Positions 1 to 7,494 of a stretch of DNA of 18,425 bases are shown here, piece after piece. This DNA comes from Bdellovibrionales bacterium (GTDB lineage: Bacteria > Bdellovibrionota > Bdellovibrionia > Bdellovibrionales > JAMPXM01), in the NCBI GenBank assembly GCA_043739185.1, contig JAYUEN010000131.1, positions 1 to 18,425 of the forward strand. Reading direction: 5' to 3'. The position numbers and the translations under genes were made by a program. The notes below the pieces were generated by a model. The model did no database searches, was not told where the DNA came from, and saw nothing but the letters and a program-made list of their open reading frames with translations. Each line of letters starts with the position of its first letter. Positions within the stretch are counted from its first letter, which is position 1.

Positions 1-59
1 TCAATAGACTGACAGAGGACAGGGGGAACTTTTGCATTCAATGAGAGCAAGCTGCGGTC

Positions 60-1196
60 TCATTGACTTCTGAAAAGGTGAAAGCCTGAATAAAACCAAG
101 TACTATCTTGCGTGCTCATCGCCTTTGATTCTTTTTCCAAATACGAAAGTTCTGGTAATTTTGCCAAGCGAGGAACAAAGAGGGTCCAATAGGCGAGTAT
201 TCCACCTTTATGAAGCCGCTTGGCAATTTGTGAAAATAAAGACTGACTTTCTTCATCGCTTAAGTATTCAAAAATATCAGATAAATTCATAAAATCAAAA
301 GCGCTTGAACTGGTTTGTAAAAATTCTTCTAAAGAAGCTCTGAGGAAAGTAAGGCGATTGGGATTTTGGCGCAAGCTTGCTTGAATTTTTAAGTATTTTG
401 CTTCAACCCAAAGTGGATGTGAGGATTCATTCAGTAGCGGGCCACCACTTAAAAAATTAAAAAGATAGGGGTTCTTTGAAATGAGCTGCTTGCCAATCAA
501 ACTCATAAAATTCTTCATAAATTTTGAGCCTAAATCTTCTTGTTCGACAAACTTAAACTGTGATTCATGGCGACCTTGACGGGAAAACTCTGAGCGTGAG
601 AAAAATTGTCCTACTAGATTTGCGAGCGTACTCAAATCGGCTTGAGAAAATATTCTGAATTGCTCAGCAAGTGAGTCGGTATGTAACATTTTTAAATAGG
701 CCTCAGTGCTCCACAAAGACTTTAGTTTTTGGCGAAACTTTACAAAATAGAGGTCCAATCTACCTTGATAATGTAGCCCACCTTGAATGATTTTTTCTTT
801 TGAATCCCAAAAGTTTAAAGTCTCTCGACTGAGCGAAGACCGTATTTTCTGATATTGATTTAGGGCTTTTCGTTCGTCATATGCAAACATCAATTGTAAA
901 AAATCTTGGTGATTCAGGAGTTTGATGGCTTTAAGTTTGAGTTCAATCAAAGCAATTTGAGCAAAACTCAAATCAATTACGCAAATTTCTTCAGCGTCAG
1001 TTAAAAGGAGCGAAATGGCATTGTCGCCCGCACTTCCGATGCTTAATATTCGATTGGCAGAAGCAGGGTTCGGGGTTGAATTCTTTGGTAATAGGGCAAG
1101 CCCTGAAAAAATTTGTCTATAATCTTCCCATACAAATGAGTATCGCAGCTCTTGTAGATCCCAGGTTTCAAGTAAGGGTGATTTTTGTATTTCCAT
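60..1196 (-). CDS. DUF3419/BtaA-like SAM-dependent 3-amino-3-carboxypropyl transferase
   Basis: 378-aa ORF with family-type motifs: N-terminal 'YSFVWED', SAM-binding 'LSIGSAGDNA' and 'IDLSFAQIALIELK', 'NPY', 'FDFMNLSDIFEYL' and 'GGILAYW'. Assignment is by motif recognition. Confidence 0.85.
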   Translation of the reverse strand: MEIQKSPLLETWDLQELRYSFVWEDYRQIFSGLALLPKNSTPNPASANRILSIGSAGDNAISLLLTDAEEICVIDLSFAQIALIELKLKAIKLLNHQDFLQLMFAYDERKALNQYQKIRSSLSRETLNFWDSKEKIIQGGLHYQGRLDLYFVKFRQKLKSLWSTEAYLKMLHTDSLAEQFRIFSQADLSTLANLVGQFFSRSEFSRQGRHESQFKFVEQEDLGSKFMKNFMSLIGKQLISKNPYLFNFLSGGPLLNESSHPLWVEAKYLKIQASLRQNPNRLTFLRASLEEFLQTSSSAFDFMNLSDIFEYLSDEESQSLFSQIAKRLHKGGILAYWTLFVPRLAKLPELSYLEKESKAMSTQDSTWFYSGFHLFRSQ

Positions 1197-1343
1197 ACTT
1201 GAAAATTAGCACAATGTTCTAGACTAGACTTTGATAAATTTCTGCTCAAGAAAAATCCAGTCAAAGGTCTAGAAGCCTTATCAAATGAAGCTATGTTAGC
1301 ATCGCAAGGATAGGCTTTTGACTAGTCCATTGCATCTCATGAG

Positions 1344-3791
1344 ATGGCAGAGCAGGGGAGGAAAGTTTTGTTCAATTTTTCTAAAATCAAATCACCCGAA
1401 GCCATTGAGACGAAAGCCAATACTAAAACCAAAGCGAGGCATATATTAAAACGCTCAGTATATACTGAGATCGCCAGGCAACAACGCCTTGATCAACTTG
1501 AAAACTACGGAAGCTCTATGAGCGAAATAAGGAGTATGCGCCTTGATCCAACGGAGTTAAGAGGCAATATTGAATGTCTCATTGGCGCAGTCGAAATTCC
1601 CTTAGGCGCGGCCGGCCCACTTCTTCTGCGCGGTACAAATGGTGAGCGCGAAGCCTTTGCGCCAATTGCCACAACTGAAGGCGCGCTTTTGTCTTCAATC
1701 AATCGTGGTTGTCATGCACTCGGAATGTCCGGTGGAGTTTTTTCGCGCGCGCTCAAGCAACGTATGCAGCGTTCTCCGTTCTTTGATTGTGGCAACGCTG
1801 AACAATCTCTCATTCTCAAAAATTGGATATTACAAAGACAAAATCAAATTAAACTTAAGGCGAGACAATTTTCAAGTCATGCGATTTTACTTGAGGTCGA
1901 TTGCAGACTGATTCCGCCTTGTCTGCATATTCGGTTTGTATTTGAAACTGGCGATGCTTCTGGGCAAAATATGACAACTCTCTGCACTTGGAACCTCTGC
2001 AACTGGATCATCTCAGAGTTTTCAAAACAATACCCAAAGCTCATCAAGCACTTTTTAATTGACGGCAATCTCAGTACGGATAAAAAGCACTCCTATATTT
2101 CAGCTATTGTAGGCCGTGGGGTCGAAGTCATTGCCGATGCTCTTGTGCCTGAGTCCGTCATCAATAGAGTATTGGGATCAAACTCTGAAGATATAGCGCG
2201 CTATTTCTCGCAGTGCCAATCGAGTGCCGTTTTGACAGGTACTCACGGTTTTAATATCAATGTGGCAAATGTTATTGCAGGAATTTTCACAGCGACGGGG
2301 CAAGACATCGCATGCATTCATGAATCCAGTACGGCACAGTTGCACTTTGAAAAACGACCCGAAGGATTGTATTTGAGTTTGCTCCTGCCAAATCTTGTGA
2401 TTGGCACAGTTGGCGGTGGGACCGGATTACCTGCACAAAAGCAAATGCTAGAGTTTATGAATTGCCAAGGTGCCGGGCAAATTCAAAATTTTGCAGAATG
2501 CATTGCCGGCTTTTGTTTAGCACTCGAACTCTCGACAGCTTCGGCTTTGGCCGGCGGACAATTTGCCCTGGCTCATGAAAGATTGGGTCGAAATCGAGTC
2601 GAGCATTGGCTTAAAAAATCTGATTTGACAGCTAGTTTTTTTAATCATTTTTTAGCGCCCGACGAAGAATTGGGTCAAGTACTAGAAGCTTACGCAGATG
2701 AGGAATATCAATGCGAAGGCAGTTTAATAATGGATTTAACCTCTCAAATCAGTAAGCGTCCCTGCGGCCTTTGGCCCTTTGTGCTTCGCCGTTCGCGTTC
2801 GCAAAAGCCACAGAAGATTTTCTTAAAATCGAAAGTCTCTGACAAAGAATTATTGTTGGCTCTTGAGGTGATGGCAGGAATGAGTTCTCCGGGACTTGCT
2901 GAATTGCTTAAGAGTTCACAAAAGGACAATCCCTTTCAGCAATTTCATATTCGTGAAATTGAAATTGCTGAAATGCAAGTTCCGGCCCTGAAAAAAATAA
3001 TGCCAAAAACTCTCGGGACCGTAAATAATTCAAAACTTAGCACCTATATTATCGCGCAAGAATTTTTGCAGGGCTTAGAGCTTTTTGGCGCTGTCGAAAA
3101 GCGAGATCTCTGGAGTGACGAATATATTTCGACTGCGATTCAAAATATCAGTGGTGTGCATGCCCATTTTCTAAATCGATTTGAGAATATTGCCAGCCAG
3201 CCATGGATTCTAAGAATGAATCTCGATAGAGCCCAACGCTTAAGTGAAGTTTATTTAGAGCTTGCAAGGAATCTCCATCGGGTGGCATTTGATTGGTTTT
3301 CAGTTGATGATTTGGTTTTTCATGAGTCCAATTTGCCGTTTCAAATTGCGATGTGGTCTGAAATTGAAGCTATGCCTCAGACGCTAGTACACAATGATTT
3401 CAATCCTCGAAATTTGGCCTTTCGAAGAAATAATTCGCGACTTGAACTGGTAGCTTATGATTGGGAGCTTGCGAGCATTCACTTGCCGCAAAGAGACCTT
3501 GTAGAATTACTCGCTTTTTGTCTTGAACCCGAAGTGAATGACCAGAAAATTTTGCAATGGCTGAGCTTTCATAGAAAGCAACTAGAGGCGCAGTCAGGTG
3601 AAAAATTAGATGAGAAGCTATGGTTAAAGGGATGTCGATTCGCAGTCTATGATTTGCTTTTATGTCGGTTTCCTATTTATTCGATTGCCGAGAGCCTTCG
3701 GCACATGAGCTTTCTTAAGCCAAGCTATAAAATGGCGAAGAGAATTCTACATGTTTTAGATCAAGAATTAAATTCGCTTCTTAAAAATTAA
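1344..3791 (+). CDS. Class I HMG-CoA reductase-like domain fused to a C-terminal APH/choline-kinase-family phosphotransferase
   Basis: The N-terminal ~420 aa carry the HMGR motifs 'NIECLIG', 'PIATTEGALLSS' (catalytic Glu), 'TGDASGQNM', cis-loop 'GNLSTDKK' (Lys), 'ATGQDIA' (Asp), 'GTVGGGT' and 'AHERLGR' (His). The C-terminal part has the kinase motifs 'HNDFNPRN' (nt 3390-3413) and 'YDWE'. It is one uninterrupted 815-aa frame. Confidence 0.9.
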   Translation: MAEQGRKVLFNFSKIKSPEAIETKANTKTKARHILKRSVYTEIARQQRLDQLENYGSSMSEIRSMRLDPTELRGNIECLIGAVEIPLGAAGPLLLRGTNGEREAFAPIATTEGALLSSINRGCHALGMSGGVFSRALKQRMQRSPFFDCGNAEQSLILKNWILQRQNQIKLKARQFSSHAILLEVDCRLIPPCLHIRFVFETGDASGQNMTTLCTWNLCNWIISEFSKQYPKLIKHFLIDGNLSTDKKHSYISAIVGRGVEVIADALVPESVINRVLGSNSEDIARYFSQCQSSAVLTGTHGFNINVANVIAGIFTATGQDIACIHESSTAQLHFEKRPEGLYLSLLLPNLVIGTVGGGTGLPAQKQMLEFMNCQGAGQIQNFAECIAGFCLALELSTASALAGGQFALAHERLGRNRVEHWLKKSDLTASFFNHFLAPDEELGQVLEAYADEEYQCEGSLIMDLTSQISKRPCGLWPFVLRRSRSQKPQKIFLKSKVSDKELLLALEVMAGMSSPGLAELLKSSQKDNPFQQFHIREIEIAEMQVPALKKIMPKTLGTVNNSKLSTYIIAQEFLQGLELFGAVEKRDLWSDEYISTAIQNISGVHAHFLNRFENIASQPWILRMNLDRAQRLSEVYLELARNLHRVAFDWFSVDDLVFHESNLPFQIAMWSEIEAMPQTLVHNDFNPRNLAFRRNNSRLELVAYDWELASIHLPQRDLVELLAFCLEPEVNDQKILQWLSFHRKQLEAQSGEKLDEKLWLKGCRFAVYDLLLCRFPIYSIAESLRHMSFLKPSYKMAKRILHVLDQELNSLLKN

Positions 3792-3812
3792 AAAACGATT
3801 GGGAGATTGCCA

Positions 3813-6461
3813 GTGTTATTGATTCCACTAAAAAATTCTTTGAAAATGGCTTCGCCTCAGAGTTGTGGAGGGAAAGCATATCAATTGATTGAGCTCGCGC
3901 GGCGCGGATATTTGGTGCCGGCCTTTTGTATTTTAGAGACTGAAACTATTGCTGAGCGTTTGAACAATACTTTAGAGAGGAACTCTGTTTTAAAATGGCT
4001 GCCGGGTGATCCTGAAGAGATTCAAGGATGGATGGAGCAACAACGGCAATTTGGGTTTCGAAATTTTATTGTGAGATCTTCAATGTGTGGAGAGGACAGC
4101 AAGGAAATGTCCTTCGCTGGTCAACTAGAATCCTTTTCAAATTTGACCCAAATTCAAGACGTCATCGAGGCAATTGAAAAATGTGTTTTGAGTTCTCAGA
4201 GTTTGAGGCTCAAATCCTATCTCAATGCCAAAGGCATTGAGAGTAATAGCTGGAAGCCACAAGTAGCGGTGATCTTGCAGGTCATGATCGAAGCCGATGT
4301 GGCCGGAGTACTTTTTAGTGCTGATCCCAGAGACGGCAATCGCAGGAGGTTTTTAATTTCTTCAAACTACGGGGCCTGCGAAGCCGTGGTTGGCGGACTT
4401 TACGATTGTGATGAATTTAGCGTTGATCCCATTGATAATACTTATACAAGTAAGATTGTGGCGAAAGAGTCGGAACTTAAATTTGCCGAAATTGGTCTCG
4501 CTTCGCAAAAAGTAGAGACTTCAAAAATTCATAAATCTTCTTTGAATTTTGAGCAGATTTCACGGCTTGTAAAGATCGGAAAGGAGCTCACTTGCTGGCA
4601 AGATTCATATGTCGATGTTGAGTGGGTCATCAAAGGAGATAAAATTTGGATTGTGCAAATGCGACCCGTTACCGGGTTAGGACCTGATCGGTCTGAGCAG
4701 AAAGAATATGTATTTGATAACTCAAATATTCAAGAGAGCTTCAATGGACTCACTCTGCCGCTTACCTTTAGCTATGCAAAGCAAATTTATTTTCATGTTT
4801 ATCGTCAAATTATGCAGGTAATGGGTTTTAGCCAAGAGGTCATTGCCAGCCAAGATGTCAGACATCAACAGATGTTGGGATTGATTCAAGGTAGAGTCTA
4901 TTACAATATCAATAGTTGGTACGCCGGGCTTTTGTTTCTTCCCAACTTTGGTCGCAATAAAAAAGATATGGAACAAATGATGGGGCTTGAAACCCCTGTC
5001 GATTTTATCTTGGATCTAAAACTTAGTAAAATGCAAAAGCTACAACGATTGCCAGAGATGATCAGGCTCATGACCAAACTCAGTTGGGAATTTTTTCGCA
5101 TTGATTCAAGAGTAAAAAAGTTTCGACTGGATTTTCAAAAGACTGTGGCGAAAGTTCGAATCGAGAATCTGCGTTGGCTCAGCGCCTATCAATTATTTGA
5201 GCTCCACGAGAAAACCAAAAATAAAATTCTCAATAATTGGTATGCGCCAATTCTCAATGACTTTTATGTCATGATGCTCTCGGGGAGGGTTCGCAGATCA
5301 CTCGAAAAGATTGGATGCGTAAATTTGTTGCCTGATTTGCTGGTGGGTATTGAATTAGAGAGTATCAGGCCCACTGAAAGCCTCATCGATATTGTTGAAG
5401 AGCTTCGGCTTGTGCCTGAGCAGCAGGCAAAGACTTTAACGCACCTCCTTTGCAATGTGGATGAAAAGTTTTGGCGTGAACTCGAAAATTTTCCGAAGTC
5501 TCAAAGTAAAGTCGAGACATTTATTTCTCTATACGGGGACAGGGTGGCTGGTGAGCTCAAGCTTGAAACGCTAAGTTTGCGTCAAGATCGAAGCTTTATG
5601 CTTCGAATTTTAAAAAGCTATTTTTTTGATGCCAACGTAACGCTTAAAAACTTTAAAATCAGACAAAAAGAATTGCGTGAAAAAGCTGAAGTCGAGGTAT
5701 TCACTTCTTTGCAAAATCAGCGAGGTCGCCTTTCGCTTCTTTTATTCAAGGCCCAGCTCAAAAATTTTCGCAGGGCCGTTGCTTATCGTGAAGCCATGAG
5801 ACTCGATCGCACCCGTTCGTTTGGACTATTTCGATCTCTTAACTTAGCTATAGGCGAACGACTTTTTGAAATGGGTGAATTGCAAAATGCGCGTGATATT
5901 TTTTATCTCAAATGCGACGAAATTGACGATTTCTTACACCGTAAGGCAGTCTTTGAAAATCTTTTAGAATTGGTTGAGACTCGCAAGAAACAATATCAAA
6001 GTTGGTCAGAACTAAAACCTAGTCCGCAAATTAAAAGTTTTGGCAATAAAATTCAAAAACAAGCTCAAACCGCATTGAGCTCAGAACTAGTCCTAAAGGG
6101 CCAAGCGTGTTTTCCTGGCATCGTAGAGGCCCGGGTGGTTGTCTTAACTTCGCCAAATGAAAATATAGATTTAAAAGGAAAAATTTTAGTAACTGAAAGA
6201 ACAGATCCTGGCTGGACACCGCTATTTCTACAATTGTCAGGATTACTCGTTGAGCGCGGCTCGCTATTGTCACATTCAGCTGTTGTCGCACGTGAATTAG
6301 GAATTCCAACAATTGTTGGTTTGAAAAATATTTGCCAATTGCTCAAGACAGATGATTTGGTTCACTTTGATGCTTCGACTGGTGAAGTGAGGCTTTTGCA
6401 ATCCAAAGATCAAGCATATCAAAAATCAGAAATAAGACATAAGCAAGAGCTTGAAGTTTGA
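3813..6461 (+). CDS. PEP-synthase/rifampin-phosphotransferase (RPH)-architecture dikinase (ATP-grasp, substrate domain, C-terminal His swivel)
   Basis: ATP-grasp motifs 'GGKA', 'VRSS', 'ED..SFAGQ', 'AGVLFSADP', 'DVEW' and 'QMRPVT'. Central domain begins 'DNSNIQESFNGLTLPLTFS'. C-terminal 'TDPGWTPLF...GSLLSHSAVVARELGIP' holds the phospho-His. GTG at 3813 lies 7 nt after GGGAG (3801-3805), so it is preferred to the track's TTG at 3807. Confidence 0.9.
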   Translation: MLLIPLKNSLKMASPQSCGGKAYQLIELARRGYLVPAFCILETETIAERLNNTLERNSVLKWLPGDPEEIQGWMEQQRQFGFRNFIVRSSMCGEDSKEMSFAGQLESFSNLTQIQDVIEAIEKCVLSSQSLRLKSYLNAKGIESNSWKPQVAVILQVMIEADVAGVLFSADPRDGNRRRFLISSNYGACEAVVGGLYDCDEFSVDPIDNTYTSKIVAKESELKFAEIGLASQKVETSKIHKSSLNFEQISRLVKIGKELTCWQDSYVDVEWVIKGDKIWIVQMRPVTGLGPDRSEQKEYVFDNSNIQESFNGLTLPLTFSYAKQIYFHVYRQIMQVMGFSQEVIASQDVRHQQMLGLIQGRVYYNINSWYAGLLFLPNFGRNKKDMEQMMGLETPVDFILDLKLSKMQKLQRLPEMIRLMTKLSWEFFRIDSRVKKFRLDFQKTVAKVRIENLRWLSAYQLFELHEKTKNKILNNWYAPILNDFYVMMLSGRVRRSLEKIGCVNLLPDLLVGIELESIRPTESLIDIVEELRLVPEQQAKTLTHLLCNVDEKFWRELENFPKSQSKVETFISLYGDRVAGELKLETLSLRQDRSFMLRILKSYFFDANVTLKNFKIRQKELREKAEVEVFTSLQNQRGRLSLLLFKAQLKNFRRAVAYREAMRLDRTRSFGLFRSLNLAIGERLFEMGELQNARDIFYLKCDEIDDFLHRKAVFENLLELVETRKKQYQSWSELKPSPQIKSFGNKIQKQAQTALSSELVLKGQACFPGIVEARVVVLTSPNENIDLKGKILVTERTDPGWTPLFLQLSGLLVERGSLLSHSAVVARELGIPTIVGLKNICQLLKTDDLVHFDASTGEVRLLQSKDQAYQKSEIRHKQELEV

Positions 6462-6475
6462 GGGAGGCGATTTAA

Positions 6476-7486
6476 GTGGAAATACTCAATGAAAAAAACC
6501 TGACTCGAAATAATTTACGACCGAAGTCGCAGAGTTTGCAAAGTTTAAATGCGCAAGCTTTAACACGGACGTTTTCACTCGATGATATGGATTGGACCAA
6601 AAAAGTAGATCACAGCATCTCTTGGATGCCAGAGTCGATGCTTGCACTCACATTTCTTTCTTCTTATCGACTATTGAACAGTGATCAAAAATTAGCGATT
6701 AATCAGAAATATGCGCTTGCGATTTGTGAGCAATTCATTTGGTTTGAACAGGAATTATTATGCAGAGTAATTGCCCGCCTCATGCCGAAACTTCAAGATC
6801 AGACGCTTAAAAAGTGTCTTGAAAACTTCGCCAATGAAGAAACTAGGCATTCAGAGCTCTTTGGTAAATTGTTAAACCTAGCTGATCCTGAAACCTATAA
6901 AACTTCTCACATTGAAAGTCGTGACTTTAACTATTTTAAATTGAGTCTTGGGAGTAAATTATTTTTTGAAGCTCTCATTCGGTTTCCAAACTTATTTTTA
7001 GTTTGGGTGTGGCTTGCTATTTTTTTTGAAGAAAAGACGATTCATTTTAGCCAAATGTACAAAAAGTGCCAAGATAATATGGGCCATTCAAATGTAGATG
7101 CCCAGTTTGCAAAGGCCCATGCCCTACACATGATTGATGAAAGCCGACATCTTCAAATTGACCAATATTTATTAAAAGCTTTTTATGAGCCTAAATTCTT
7201 TTGGCAAAAAAGACTTTGCGCCAAACTTACACAATTGATTTTCAGGGCTTATAAATCACCGCGAAGAATTGCCAAGCGAATTTTAATAAAATTAGCTAAA
7301 GAACAAGCTGAGCATCAGCTTGTATACAAAAAACTTATCAATGAATTGCCAACTTTAAGAAAAAATCAGGCCTATCAGGAAGCAACCTATAGTCGCCAAG
7401 TAATGGGACGAACCTTGGGTAGTCTTGAACTCTATCCAGAAATGAACTGCGCATTGAAGGAACTTTCTCCTTCAATACGCAATTGA
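6476..7486 (+). CDS. AurF/CmlI-like ferritin-fold diiron oxygenase
   Basis: Diiron ligand pattern 'WFEQ...NEETRH...FFEEK...HMIDESRH', including the extra His of HxxDExRH. N-terminal 'DMDW..WMPE' motif. GTG start with GGAGG upstream, 14 nt after the previous stop. Confidence 0.8.
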   Translation: MEILNEKNLTRNNLRPKSQSLQSLNAQALTRTFSLDDMDWTKKVDHSISWMPESMLALTFLSSYRLLNSDQKLAINQKYALAICEQFIWFEQELLCRVIARLMPKLQDQTLKKCLENFANEETRHSELFGKLLNLADPETYKTSHIESRDFNYFKLSLGSKLFFEALIRFPNLFLVWVWLAIFFEEKTIHFSQMYKKCQDNMGHSNVDAQFAKAHALHMIDESRHLQIDQYLLKAFYEPKFFWQKRLCAKLTQLIFRAYKSPRRIAKRILIKLAKEQAEHQLVYKKLINELPTLRKNQAYQEATYSRQVMGRTLGSLELYPEMNCALKELSPSIRN

Positions 7487-7494
7487 AAGTCATA

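Noticed and set aside
3813..6461. Annotation as ppsA or as a rifampin resistance gene
   Set aside because: Domain order is not that of PpsA, and operon context argues for another substrate. Rifampin activity cannot be supported from sequence.
1344..7486. Canonical mevalonate operon
   Set aside because: No HMG-CoA synthase, GHMP kinases, diphosphomevalonate decarboxylase or IPP isomerase occurs in the window.
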